Source of the DNA: Sphingobacteriaceae bacterium
Lineage (GTDB): Bacteria; Bacteroidota; Bacteroidia; Sphingobacteriales; Sphingobacteriaceae
Assembly (NCBI GenBank): GCA_036402155.1
Contig: DASWTL010000221.1
Coordinates: 968 to 64,967 of the forward strand
Length of the DNA stretch: 64,000 nucleotides
Direction: 5' to 3'
The notes under the pieces are model-generated. The model saw only the letters and a program-made list of their open reading frames with translations, was not told the DNA's origin and did no database searches. Below, piece by piece: positions 11,676 to 21,532 of the stretch. The position numbers and the translations under genes are program-made. Position 1 is the first letter of the stretch. Each line of letters opens with the position of its first letter.

Positions 11676-13076
11676 ATGAAAAACATTAAATATATACTCC
11701 TCATTCTTGTAGTCCTTTTCAATCGGGCTGATTTAGAGGCACAATCGAAAACCAGTGCTTTTAAGGTTCCGGTTTATGAAAAGTTCACGCTTGCCAATGG
11801 ACTGACTATATACCTGATGGAGCAGCACGAAGTTCCAATCATCAGTATCTCTGTAGTTATTCCGGCAGGTGCCATTTATGATAATGGGAAATCCGGTTTG
11901 GCATCTTTAACAGCTTCAGGTTTACAGTTTGGTACCAAAAGCTATTCTAAAAATACCATTGAAGAAACATTGGATTTTGTAGGTGCCGAACTTGAAACGC
12001 ATGCATCAAAAGAGTCTGCGGGCTTGTCGGCAAAGTTTGTATCAAAATATCAAGATAAGATACTGCCTATAATAAAGGAGGTTCTGATTAACCCAACGTT
12101 TAATAATGAAGAGTTTATAAAAGAAAAAAAGCGTGTGCTATTAGGGTTGGAGCAGGCTAAAGAAAGCCCGCGCGCTGTTATACACTCTTATTGGGATAAA
12201 CTGATTTTCGGAGATCATGTGTATGGCAATCCGGTAAGCGGCACACCATCTGCTATCAATAAACTGTCTGTGCAGGATCTCAAAAGCTTCTATAACCAAA
12301 ACTACTCTGCCCTGGGATCTGCTATTGCCATAACCGGCGATTTTAATTCAAAGGCGATGAAAGCTAAAGTTGCCAGATTGTTTGGTGAGTGGAAAAAAGG
12401 TTCAGCTAAAAGACAAGACGCTGCTTCTAAGCCTGTTATGAAGGCCGCATCATCAAACGTAGTGTTGGTTAATAAAGAAGATGCCCGCGAAACCACCTTT
12501 CTCATCGGAGGCCTGGGCATCAGCAGGAATAATCCTGATTACATTGCTATTGATGTAGTAAATACTGTTTTTGGCGGTCGCTTTACTTCCATGCTAAACG
12601 ATGAACTGCGTGTAAATTCAGGTTTAACCTATGGTGCTAACAGCCGTTTTAGTCCATTGAAACATTCGGGAACATTCGCTATTTCTACTTTTACAGCAAA
12701 TAAAACTACAGATGCTGCAGTTAATAAAGCATTGGAGGTACTTAATACCTTACATACAAAAGGAATAGATGACGAAACACTTACCTCTGCGAAGAATTAT
12801 GTGAAAGGATTATTGCCTCCCCGCTATGAAACATCAATGCAGCTTGCAGGATTGTTAACTTCAATGTTTTGGTATGGATATGATGAATCGTACATCAATA
12901 ACTTTGAAAGTAATGTTGATGCATTAACTACGACCAGGGTAAAAGATATTGTTAAGAAGTATTTTCCGTCAAATAACCTTCAATTTGTATTGATTGGCAA
13001 GTCAAGTGAAATAAGACCGATAGCAGAAAAACTGGGCAAGATTACCGAAAAGCAAATATCAGCCGAGGGGTTTTAG
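11676..13076 (+). CDS. M16 family peptidase-like protein lacking the HxxEH motif (non-catalytic partner)
   Basis: Its size and fold signature match the upstream gene, and it has a signal peptide. No HxxEH motif is present at the equivalent position. Adjacent paired arrangement. Confidence 0.8.
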   Translation: MKNIKYILLILVVLFNRADLEAQSKTSAFKVPVYEKFTLANGLTIYLMEQHEVPIISISVVIPAGAIYDNGKSGLASLTASGLQFGTKSYSKNTIEETLDFVGAELETHASKESAGLSAKFVSKYQDKILPIIKEVLINPTFNNEEFIKEKKRVLLGLEQAKESPRAVIHSYWDKLIFGDHVYGNPVSGTPSAINKLSVQDLKSFYNQNYSALGSAIAITGDFNSKAMKAKVARLFGEWKKGSAKRQDAASKPVMKAASSNVVLVNKEDARETTFLIGGLGISRNNPDYIAIDVVNTVFGGRFTSMLNDELRVNSGLTYGANSRFSPLKHSGTFAISTFTANKTTDAAVNKALEVLNTLHTKGIDDETLTSAKNYVKGLLPPRYETSMQLAGLLTSMFWYGYDESYINNFESNVDALTTTRVKDIVKKYFPSNNLQFVLIGKSSEIRPIAEKLGKITEKQISAEGF

Positions 13077-13418
13077 GCGGACTTTAGAACCTCGCCTATC
13101 TTAAACTTTTATAAGCTTTCACCATCCACATCTAATCCCAATGTTAAAATCTGTTAATGCTTAGAATTTTAACTGAAAGGTAATATCTTTGTTGGACCAA
13201 AAAATAAGCTATCATCATGACCGAAGCAATCAAACAACAGGAAAGGATATTTAAAAGGCTATTTATTTTCCTTTCATCAACGCTGGCATTGGTATTTTTA
13301 ACAGCTTTGTTCTCTCCGTGTGATAAGATTCAAGATAAGAAAGATTCAACGGTTAGAATTAATTCTGTTAAGGCAGGTAGTGTTGCGGGTAAGAATGTTA
13401 AATCCTCAGGCTGTATAT

Positions 13419-14177
13419 TCAGGGATTATCTTTTAACTGATCGTTTTTTCGGATAGCGCAACCCTTTAACAACTTATCATTAATTGTAAGTTCAGCGGAA
13501 TACAGGTATTTACGATCTGACATTCCATCGCTGCAGTTCGATTTGCGTATAGTAAGTATCAGTTTGTCGTTTTTGGAATTTGTGACGCTATACCGGAAAA
13601 CATCACCTGTAACAACAGCTTTTTTATAAGGAAACTGATACACTTTTTCCTCTCCAACATCTTTTAAGATAATTCTATCTTCCGCAGGGATTATATCTAC
13701 AGACCAAAATGGCTCATTTCCCAAGGCAATGAATTCGTAGGGATAGCACGCGGTCTTGTAATTTTTCCCTTCTATTTTTATCACTGACTTCGCTATCAGC
13801 TCATTATCATATTCAGAGGCATATCCCAGGCTTGATTTCCCTTTTAAATAACCCTTAATTTCAGCATACACACTTTCATAAGGGTATGCAGGGCTCCGGT
13901 GAACAGCCAGGTAGAGTTTACTCATTTTTTTACTGCTATCGGTCAACCAATATATTTTACCTGTTTTACAGTCGCGGAATGTACTTACTTCATCGCCATG
14001 TGTATACAGCCCCGTAAAATTGGCGATTTTGTTACTTAATGTATCCAGTTGAACAGGCTCCGGATTAATTACACTGGTATCTTTAACTTCATCGGGAGGT
14101 GGGTAAAGTCTGACTTTTTTCCTGTTGCAGGATAAAAACAGCAATAAAACTGTTACCAGTAACCAGTACCTTTTCAT
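13419..14177 (-). CDS. Lipoprotein of unknown function (two-domain; NlpE-N-like / COG3650-like is a guess)
   Basis: Lipoprotein signal MKRYWLLVTVLLLFLSC. The second half contains LGNEPFWSVDI, which I associate with COG3650-type domains. Confidence 0.55.
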   Translation of the reverse strand: MKRYWLLVTVLLLFLSCNRKKVRLYPPPDEVKDTSVINPEPVQLDTLSNKIANFTGLYTHGDEVSTFRDCKTGKIYWLTDSSKKMSKLYLAVHRSPAYPYESVYAEIKGYLKGKSSLGYASEYDNELIAKSVIKIEGKNYKTACYPYEFIALGNEPFWSVDIIPAEDRIILKDVGEEKVYQFPYKKAVVTGDVFRYSVTNSKNDKLILTIRKSNCSDGMSDRKYLYSAELTINDKLLKGCAIRKNDQLKDNP

Positions 14178-14234
14178 AATCTGTAAACATAATTCATTAA
14201 AAATAGTTCATGATACGGGTTAGACATATTTTTC

Positions 14235-14242
14235 TATTTTTG
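14235..14242 (+). promoter_or_regulatory. Candidate Bacteroidota -7 promoter box TATTTTTG upstream of prfB
   Basis: Exact match to the TAnnTTTG consensus, ending 4 nt before the prfB ATG at 14247. No convincing -33 TTG was seen. Confidence 0.35.
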
Positions 14243-14246
14243 CAGC

Positions 14247-15324
14247 ATGACTAAGGAAAACATCCAGGATTTAAGGGACAGAGTAACGGCCCTGAGGAGG
14301 CATCTTTGACATCGACAAGAAGGTTGATGAATTAAAATATGATGAAAGTCTCACGTTAAATCCCAATTTCTGGGATAACCCAAAGCTGGCCGAAAAATCA
14401 CTTCAGGCTATAAAAATTAAAAAAACATGGATCGATTCCTTTAATGAAGCGGAATCGGCAGTGGAAGATGCGGCTGTGATGCTCAGTTTTTTCCAGTCGG
14501 GTGATGCCACTGAAGAGGATCTTCGGGAGCAATACCATGCGGCCGTTAAGTTGCTTGAAGAGCTTGAATTTAAGAACATGTTAAGTTCTGAAGAAGACCA
14601 GCTGCATGCGGTTATGCAAATTACTGCAGGCGCCGGCGGAACAGAAAGCTGCGACTGGGCTCAGATGCTTATGCGTATGTATATCATGTGGGGCGAAAAG
14701 AATGGTTTTAAAGTAACCGAGCAGGATTCGCAGGAGGGTGAGGTGGCAGGTATCAAATCGGTGACCATTCAGTTTGAAGGCGACTTTGCCTATGGTTACC
14801 TGAAAGGTGAAAATGGCGTTCACAGACTGGTCCGGATATCTCCGTTTGATTCCAATGCGAAGCGCCATACGTCATTTGCATCGGTATATGTTTATCCTTT
14901 GGTAGACGATACGATAGAAATAGATGTAAATCCTGCTGATATTGAGTTTGAGACATTCCGTTCGGGCGGTGCCGGCGGACAGAATGTGAATAAAGTTGAA
15001 ACTGCTGTTCGATTATACCACAAACCTTCCGGGATCATAATCAAGAATCAGGAATCACGATCACAGTTACAGAATAAAGAGAACGCGATAAGGTTGTTAA
15101 AATCACAACTTTATGAAGCCGAGTTGCGTAAGCGGATGGAAACTACTGCGGCCATTGAAGGAAATAAGAAAAAGATAGAATGGGGTTCACAGATAAGAAA
15201 TTATGTGCTTCATCCGTACAAGCTTGTTAAAGATCTGCGTACAAATTACGAAACATCAAATGCACAGGCTGTGCTTGATGGTGATCTGAATGAGTTTTTG
15301 AAAGCGTATTTGATGGAGTTTTAA
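14247..15324 (+). CDS. prfB: Peptide chain release factor 2, expressed through a programmed +1 ribosomal frameshift at 14304-14310
   Basis: Frame 0 (14247-14306) encodes [20 protein letters not shown], then an in-frame TGA. The +1 frame from 14308 continues [12 protein letters not shown]... into the listed ORF (14461-15324), which carries the SPF and GGQ motifs. The total is about 358 aa, colinear with E. coli RF2. Confidence 0.95.
14295..14310 (+). promoter_or_regulatory. prfB +1 frameshift signal: internal SD-like AGGAGG, 3-nt spacer, slippery CTT TGA C
   Basis: The sequence AGGAGG CAT CTT TGA C has the same layout as E. coli AGGGGG TAT CTT TGA C. Confidence 0.9.
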
Positions 15325-15330
15325 TAGTTT

Positions 15331-15363
15331 AGGTGTCTGACACTTTAAAAGTGTCTGACACCT
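15331..15363. terminator. Hairpin between convergent prfB and the SirB1-like gene (bidirectional terminator candidate)
   Basis: AGGTGTCTGACAC / TTTAAAA loop / GTGTCTGACACCT gives a 13-bp stem with one central mismatch. It is flanked by T/A-rich sequence. Confidence 0.7.
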
Positions 15364-15368
15364 AAGTC

Positions 15369-16238
15369 TTATGGCAAATGCTCCTCAAAAATCGAAAGCA
15401 GTTCCTCAATTTCAGCTGCTTTTTCTATAGAGCCAGCTTTCTCATAAGCTGATATCAGGTTTCGTAAAACCCGTTTAATAATATCTGTATTAGAACATGG
15501 TTCATAGAACCGTGCATCGGGGTCGATCTTCAATTGCTTCAGAAAAGTATCTACATCATGTTTCCCAAAAATGAACCCTTTATTAAAAGCATTAATATAA
15601 AATAATACGTCATTATTTATCACCGACTCGCGCTCTTCATCCAGATACGCCAATATAAAATGTTGCGGAAGATTTACCCCATAAATAGGTATATCCAGTT
15701 TTTGGGCGATAATAGAATAAATGGATGCCAGTAAGATCTGATTTCCTTTTTTTGATTCAAGGACCTGTCCTATATAAGAATTTTGAGGATCCTGATGATT
15801 GGTTGTGTTTCCCGAAAACCGGTAATTGGTATAAAGAACGTGGTTAATCAGTTTTACTTTTTCTACAGCACTCATATCATATATTAGCTGTAGCCAGATG
15901 TCGCGCTTGATCATTTCTATCTCATTGATGATCTTCTGCTCATCAAGGTCCGGGTACTGATATTTATTAATGGTTATAAGGCCCTGTAGCAGATCAAAGG
16001 CTCCGCCCATATACCATAATTCAAGTTCACGCTTAACATTATAAAACTGGATTTTATGTACCAGGTTTTCAATACGCTCCTGAAGAAGAGCGTCAAATGA
16101 TTTTTCCCAGGCATTTTCAAGATAGTCTATAACCTCATTTCCATAAGTTAACAGCTTTTCTTCTACATGCCTGTAAACCTCTTCATCACGGTCATCAAGT
16201 AACCGGATCAGCGCATCTATTTCTTTATTATTAGTCAT
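15369..16238 (-). CDS. SirB1/YchA-like protein (transglutaminase-like N-domain plus TPR-like C-terminus)
   Basis: 289 aa. The overall pattern (LASIYSIIAQKLDIPIYGVNLPQHFILAY, C-terminal helical repeats) resembles the SirB1 family. The call is by recollection only. Confidence 0.55.
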   Translation of the reverse strand: MTNNKEIDALIRLLDDRDEEVYRHVEEKLLTYGNEVIDYLENAWEKSFDALLQERIENLVHKIQFYNVKRELELWYMGGAFDLLQGLITINKYQYPDLDEQKIINEIEMIKRDIWLQLIYDMSAVEKVKLINHVLYTNYRFSGNTTNHQDPQNSYIGQVLESKKGNQILLASIYSIIAQKLDIPIYGVNLPQHFILAYLDEERESVINNDVLFYINAFNKGFIFGKHDVDTFLKQLKIDPDARFYEPCSNTDIIKRVLRNLISAYEKAGSIEKAAEIEELLSIFEEHLP

Positions 16239-16375
16239 GCTAATACTAATTTAATTATTCTTCAGGTAAAATCCTTTCTCTACTTTTGGAGCCATACAAG
16301 GATACTACTTACGGATAACGATAAACAGGGTAAGGATAGTTTTATATACAATTAATTACAAACATATTCCATAGA

Positions 16376-17161
16376 ATGTTCAATATTCAATTAATTAACG
16401 GATATATTAAACACAGATTTCAGGCGAAAAGCCGTCATGGAGTGCATTCTCCCTTTGTTTATAAGCTCGTTGACGAAGTTATTTATGATTTTCACAATAA
16501 GGCCGGGTATGATAAAATCGAGCGCCTTAGGTCGGATCTGATTAAAGATGAGCGTTTTATAACCATTACTGACCTTGGTGCAGGATCACATGTAAATAAT
16601 AATAAACAAAAGCAGGTTAAGCAACTTGCAAAAAATGCTTTAAAGCCGGCAAGGCTTGCGCAATTAATATACAGACTGGCACAAAGATTTTCACCCGAAA
16701 CAATTATTGAGTTAGGAACCTGCCTGGGTTTAACTACCTCCTATCTTGCTTCTGCTGCACCGCTGGCAAAAGTTATCAGTGTAGAAGGGTGTCCTGAAAC
16801 CGCTGGGATCGCGAGAGAAAATTTAGCGAAACTGAATATCTCAAATGTGGAGCTTAAAGTGGGGAATTTTGATTATTTATTTCCTGAAATCCTAAATAAG
16901 ACACAGAAGATCGATTTCCTTTTTATTGATGGTAATCACAGGAAGGATGCAACCCTGGCGTATTTTGATCAAGCACTACCTAAAGTGCATGAAGGATCAG
17001 TTATGATTTTTGATGATATCTACTGGAGCAAAGGCATGCAGGAAGCCTGGGAGCAGATTAAGAAGCATCCACAAGTTACATTAACTATTGATCTTTTCTG
17101 GATCGGCCTGGTCTTCTTCCGGAAAGGACAGGAAAAAGAGCATTTTAAGATAAAGTTTTGA
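16376..17161 (+). CDS. Class I SAM-dependent (O-)methyltransferase
   Basis: Motif I IIELGTCLGLTT, followed by FIDGNHRKDA and MIFDDIYWS, typical of family-3 O-methyltransferases. Confidence 0.75.
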   Translation: MFNIQLINGYIKHRFQAKSRHGVHSPFVYKLVDEVIYDFHNKAGYDKIERLRSDLIKDERFITITDLGAGSHVNNNKQKQVKQLAKNALKPARLAQLIYRLAQRFSPETIIELGTCLGLTTSYLASAAPLAKVISVEGCPETAGIARENLAKLNISNVELKVGNFDYLFPEILNKTQKIDFLFIDGNHRKDATLAYFDQALPKVHEGSVMIFDDIYWSKGMQEAWEQIKKHPQVTLTIDLFWIGLVFFRKGQEKEHFKIKF

Positions 17162-17168
17162 GTGATGT

Positions 17169-17573
17169 TTAATAATTCATCAAATCGATCATCAGATTAA
17201 ACGAATCCATTGAAGACGGGTTATTGATCTTAAAGGGTTTGATAATATATCCTGAAACTCCTAACCGGGTAGCTTCCTCTTTATCAGTGGTTGCTGAAGA
17301 GGTGGTTATCATAAAACATTTTATATTCTTCCACTCATCCCTTTGGCGGATCACGCTTAATAGCTCAAGCCCGTCCATTTTAGGCATATTAATATCTATT
17401 AATATGAAGTCGGGTTTAGCATTTCCGGCCTCTTCCAGTTTTTCAACTGCCTCTTCACCGTTTGTAGCTATCTGCATATTATAAAGAATATTCATTTTAT
17501 CTAATGTTCTTTTAATATCGATAATGTCCAGCTGATCATCTTCAACCAGTAATATTTGAATTATTTTCTTCAT
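17169..17573 (-). CDS. Stand-alone response regulator receiver protein
   Basis: Start taken at MKKIIQILLVEDD (the ORF-track start at 17633 lies inside the kinase gene). Receiver motifs DD, DINMPKMDG and IIKPF are present. There is no output domain. Confidence 0.85.
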   Translation of the reverse strand: MKKIIQILLVEDDQLDIIDIKRTLDKMNILYNMQIATNGEEAVEKLEEAGNAKPDFILIDINMPKMDGLELLSVIRQRDEWKNIKCFMITTSSATTDKEEATRLGVSGYIIKPFKINNPSSMDSFNLMIDLMNY

Positions 17574-19053
17574 TGTGGTTAGATTTTGCCCATGTAAACG
17601 AAAAAACCGAGCCCTGACCAGGCTTCGACGCAATATTAATTTTTTCTTTTCTTGAACTAAGAATTTTTTTTACAATAGCCAGGCCTACACCTGTGCTTTC
17701 GAAAGTATCTCTTTCCTTTAATGTTTGAAAGATCTGAAAGATCTTTTCCTGGTGATTAGCTTTAATGCCGGGACCATTATCTTCAACAAAGAATTCAATA
17801 TAATGAGCGTGATTCTTATGATAGATTCTTATTTCTCCGTTTGGCTTATTGTGATGCTTACTTGCATTACTAATCAGATTGGAGAAAATGATTAGCAATG
17901 GAAGCTTTTCAGTATGAATAACGGGTAATTTTTTTTGTACATCCACTTTTAATCCTGGTTTTAAGTCAATACTGCCTAAAATTTCATTGATTAAAAGTTT
18001 AATATCAACATCTTCAATTACATGTACTTCTTTATCTATACGGGCATAGGATAAGATACCTTCGATCATGTTCTCTCCCCGTGATATCCTCCCCTTCATC
18101 ATTTGAAGGTACTCTTTAACTTTATCAGGCAATTCATGTGAATGATCCTCTTCTATCCATGAAATAACATTGTCTATGCCCCTGAGCGGGGCTTTTAAAT
18201 CATGTGAAACGATGTGTGCAAACTGGTCAAGTTCTTCGTTCTTAGTGTTTAAAAGTGCAATGTTTTCAGAAAGAATCCGGGCCATGTTGTTAAGTGATCT
18301 GGCAAGTTTACCTAGTTCGTCATTCCCGGGGTCAGACATATTTACCTTATAGTTGCCGGCCGCAATGCTATTGGCCATATTAACCATCTTTAATATCCTG
18401 CTGGAAATACCATAAGCCAGGAAACCGGCTATTAAAAATCCGCAAATTATGGATAAGCTATTTAGATATAAAGAGATGTTCCTTGTCCGTTTAACCGATT
18501 CATCTAAAATCACCCGCCTTGCTTCCCGGCTTTCATATTCATAGTTACTGAACCCTTTGAACTTTTGGTTCAATATTCTATTGATGTTTCGTTCTTCACC
18601 AGCAGTTAACATATTGCTATATAGTGTATTAAATGCTTTCTGATTTTTTTTTGATGTAGTTGCTTCTACTTTGGCCGGGCGTAAAGGCAAGGCGAACTCA
18701 TTAATCCACCGGTTATTTAACTGTTTAATGGTATCCAAACGGCTGTACTGTATAGACCCGCGTGGGATAAGTCTGACAAGATCCTTCAATATAGCTTCAT
18801 TCTCTAATGCTGCCGTATCGTACGAAGCAATAAAATAATGTTCTCCGGTAAGCAGATACCCTCTCAACCCGCTCACCATATTTATAATATTACGCTGAAA
18901 CCTGCTGCTATGCCTGATTATCTCGGACGAGCGTGAGAAATATTCTGCATTTTCTTTTACTTCTTCCGATTGTTTATAATTTATATAGGTAGTGAAAGAA
19001 AAAAGAATCAGGATAAAAAAGAAGCCCAGAAAAATAATATGAGAGATTTTCAT
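17542..19053 (-). CDS. Sensor histidine kinase with CHASE3-like periplasmic domain and HAMP linker
   Basis: An N-terminal TM and RGYLLTGEHYF (CHASE3-like) precede a second TM and a HAMP region. H-box FAHIVSHDLKAPLRG, N box ISNASKH, G boxes DNGPGI and GVGLAIVKK. Confidence 0.85.
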   Translation of the reverse strand: MKISHIIFLGFFFILILFSFTTYINYKQSEEVKENAEYFSRSSEIIRHSSRFQRNIINMVSGLRGYLLTGEHYFIASYDTAALENEAILKDLVRLIPRGSIQYSRLDTIKQLNNRWINEFALPLRPAKVEATTSKKNQKAFNTLYSNMLTAGEERNINRILNQKFKGFSNYEYESREARRVILDESVKRTRNISLYLNSLSIICGFLIAGFLAYGISSRILKMVNMANSIAAGNYKVNMSDPGNDELGKLARSLNNMARILSENIALLNTKNEELDQFAHIVSHDLKAPLRGIDNVISWIEEDHSHELPDKVKEYLQMMKGRISRGENMIEGILSYARIDKEVHVIEDVDIKLLINEILGSIDLKPGLKVDVQKKLPVIHTEKLPLLIIFSNLISNASKHHNKPNGEIRIYHKNHAHYIEFFVEDNGPGIKANHQEKIFQIFQTLKERDTFESTGVGLAIVKKILSSRKEKINIASKPGQGSVFSFTWAKSNHNEENNSNITG

Positions 19054-19101
19054 GTAATACCTGTTTAATATGATGGCATCTTATAATTAATGCGCCTGAT
19101 G

Positions 19102-20262
19102 TTAAAATGCCTCAGCCAGGCTTAAATAGAACCCACTTTGTCTTTCTTCACCTGGTCTTTTTTCGCCTATGGCATAGTCGGCACGTATGCTTAAGCCCCT
19201 GTCAATATCATAAAAATATCGCAGTCCCGCACCAATGGCTGGCTTTACATTCTTTAAGCTTAAATTCCGGTTGCCATATACTGTTCCGCCTGCTAAAAAC
19301 GCGGTCGCCCCAAACCGCGGGATGAAACGGTATCTCAATTCACCCTGCAATGCCATTAAATTTTGATCGCGGTAACGGCCGGTATAATATCCACGCATAA
19401 TCATATCATTTCCCAGTTGCGGTAACAGGTAAAAGGGGGCACGTGTCCCCTGCATGGTTTGGTATGCTCCATTAATCCCTATTACGGTTTTAGTATTTAG
19501 TGAACTGAAATGCCTGATATCAATTTTTGTTTGACTTCCTTCAAAATTATCATCCCCAAATAAAGCCGGGGCATATGAATAATTGATTTTTATGTAGAAG
19601 CCATTTGTAGTATATGTGTTTGAATTTCGGTTATCTATGATCTGGGAAACTCCTGCAAATAATACCTGTCCGCCATCGGCATCAAAAGCGACTTCTGGAT
19701 AGGGGCCTCCTTCCTGGCTGTCGGCAAATTGATAATTTTCATAGCTAAGCGTCACTCCTGTAAATGATCTGCCAAATCTTTTTTCGGCTTCTGCTTTTAT
19801 TCTGAAAAGTTTCTGGTCCACAAGCTCCTTATTGGCTTCCAATGTTTTACTGCCAATACCGTAAAAGTTAACCGGAAAGTCCCGGTATCGCACTTCGCCG
19901 GTATAATGATACCGGTTCTCAGGGGCCCAAACATCTGATTTTATATAAAAGCTGGATTGTTTTTGAGTAGTGAAAGTAGCCAGGGCAGAAATAGTTGAAC
20001 TTCTTGTAAGGGTGTCGGATTTATCGGTGTAAAATGCATACATAGGCAGGAGCCCAAATTCAAATCCTGTTTCCTGTGAGTATGCCACAACGGGCAACGG
20101 TAAAAAGCTACCGGAGCGGGTGGTATCTTTCTTATTAGATAAAAACCTGTCGATCAATTTCTTTTGTGCAAAACCATAAGTGCTGATAAATAAAACAAAA
20201 CCTGTAAATATTAATTTTTTAAGGGAATACAACTTTATCATAACGCTAAGATAATATTTCAC
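19102..20262 (-). CDS. Outer-membrane beta-barrel protein (Omp85/bacterial surface antigen-like barrel)
   Basis: Signal peptide, alternating beta-strand pattern rich in Y/G/F, and a C-terminal ...YLSLAEAF ending in Phe. Confidence 0.6.
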   Translation of the reverse strand: MKYYLSVMIKLYSLKKLIFTGFVLFISTYGFAQKKLIDRFLSNKKDTTRSGSFLPLPVVAYSQETGFEFGLLPMYAFYTDKSDTLTRSSTISALATFTTQKQSSFYIKSDVWAPENRYHYTGEVRYRDFPVNFYGIGSKTLEANKELVDQKLFRIKAEAEKRFGRSFTGVTLSYENYQFADSQEGGPYPEVAFDADGGQVLFAGVSQIIDNRNSNTYTTNGFYIKINYSYAPALFGDDNFEGSQTKIDIRHFSSLNTKTVIGINGAYQTMQGTRAPFYLLPQLGNDMIMRGYYTGRYRDQNLMALQGELRYRFIPRFGATAFLAGGTVYGNRNLSLKNVKPAIGAGLRYFYDIDRGLSIRADYAIGEKRPGEERQSGFYLSLAEAF

Positions 20263-20323
20263 TGCTTAACCGGAAATTGATCAATATCCCGTTGAAACTA
20301 ATTGCTAAAAGAATCAGAATATC

Positions 20324-20331
20324 TATTTTTG
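20324..20331 (+). promoter_or_regulatory. Candidate -7 promoter box TATTTTTG
   Basis: Exact TAnnTTTG match 19 nt upstream of the ATG at 20350. Confidence 0.35.
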
Positions 20332-20349
20332 CCGTCTAAAATTTAAATT

Positions 20350-21330
20350 ATGGAAAAGCATCGGGGTCCAATTTCTCAATTTATCGAACATAATTACCGC
20401 CATTTTAATGCTGCGGCTTTAGTAGATGCTGCCAAAGAGTACGAAACCCACCTGCTTGAAGGGGGTAAAATGATGATCACCTTAGCCGGTGCGATGAGCA
20501 CCGCAGAGCTTGGAATTTCCCTGGCAGAAATGATTCGTCAGGATAAGGTTGCTATTATTTCGTGTACAGGTGCTAATCTGGAAGAGGATGTTATGAATCT
20601 GGTGGCGCACTCACATTATAAGCGCGTACCTAATTATCGGGATCTTAGTCCACAGGAAGAATGGGATCTGCTGGAAAATGGTTTTAACCGTGTTACCGAC
20701 ACCTGTATCCCTGAAGAAGAGGCTTTTCGTCGTATTCAACGTCACATTCATAAAATTTGGAAGGATGCTGAAGAAAAAGGTGAACGCTACTTTCCTCATG
20801 AATATATGTATAAGCTGCTGCTTAGTGGAGTTATGAAGGAAAATTATGAGATCCCTTTAGAAAATAGCTGGATGATTGCAGCTGCTGAAAAGAATCTTCC
20901 GATCATTGTTCCCGGATGGGAAGACTCTACGATGGGTAATATTTTTGCGTCTTACGTTATCAAGGGGGAATTAAAGGCATCTACCATGAAAAGCGGGATT
21001 GAATATATGGCTTATTTATCCGGGTGGTATCAGGAGAATAGTGGTGGAAAAGGCGTTGGTTTTTTCCAGATAGGCGGTGGTATAGCCGGGGATTTCCCGA
21101 TCTGCGTTGTTCCTATGCTTTACCAGGATCTGGAGATGCATGAGATTCCTTTCTGGAGCTATTTTTGCCAGATCTCTGACTCGACAACTTCATATGGTTC
21201 TTATTCTGGTGCAGTGCCTAATGAAAAGATAACCTGGGGAAAATTAGATATACATACACCTAAATTTATTATTGAGTCTGATGCAACTATTGTTGCCCCG
21301 CTAATATTTGCGTGGATACTGAATCAGTAA
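20350..21330 (+). CDS. Deoxyhypusine synthase family protein (bacterial homologue, likely polyamine metabolism)
   Basis: 326 aa. N-terminal NYRHFNAAALVDAA and MMITLAGAMSTAELG, and later GGGIAGDF, resemble the DHS/homospermidine synthase-like family. Confidence 0.7.
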   Translation: MEKHRGPISQFIEHNYRHFNAAALVDAAKEYETHLLEGGKMMITLAGAMSTAELGISLAEMIRQDKVAIISCTGANLEEDVMNLVAHSHYKRVPNYRDLSPQEEWDLLENGFNRVTDTCIPEEEAFRRIQRHIHKIWKDAEEKGERYFPHEYMYKLLLSGVMKENYEIPLENSWMIAAAEKNLPIIVPGWEDSTMGNIFASYVIKGELKASTMKSGIEYMAYLSGWYQENSGGKGVGFFQIGGGIAGDFPICVVPMLYQDLEMHEIPFWSYFCQISDSTTSYGSYSGAVPNEKITWGKLDIHTPKFIIESDATIVAPLIFAWILNQ

Positions 21331-21446
21331 CCCGATGAAAATTAATGCAGTGCTGACTGGTTTATAATAGCTTTTTCTAATTATTTAGAATCATTATAAA
21401 TTATTAATACAAGTCATTTAAATGTCAGCGTTATTTGAATAAGTTA

Positions 21447-21454
21447 TACTTTTG
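21447..21454 (+). promoter_or_regulatory. Candidate -7 promoter box TACTTTTG upstream of the act operon
   Basis: Exact TAnnTTTG match 79 nt upstream of actA, in a 200-nt AT-rich intergenic region. Confidence 0.3.
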
Positions 21455-21532
21455 TGACCTGAAAAATGTTGGTAACTACTCACCTTCAAATTTCATTAAA
21501 TTACTTTCAAATTTTAGCATAAAATACTGAAT

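Noticed and set aside
13217-13456. 79-aa ORF (MTEAIKQQERIF..., one hydrophobic segment) as a small membrane or lipoprotein gene
   Set aside because: Its 3' end overlaps the convergent lipoprotein gene by 38 nt, it has no recognisable motif, and the region is otherwise a plausible intergenic spacer. It cannot be excluded, but it is not supportable from the sequence alone.
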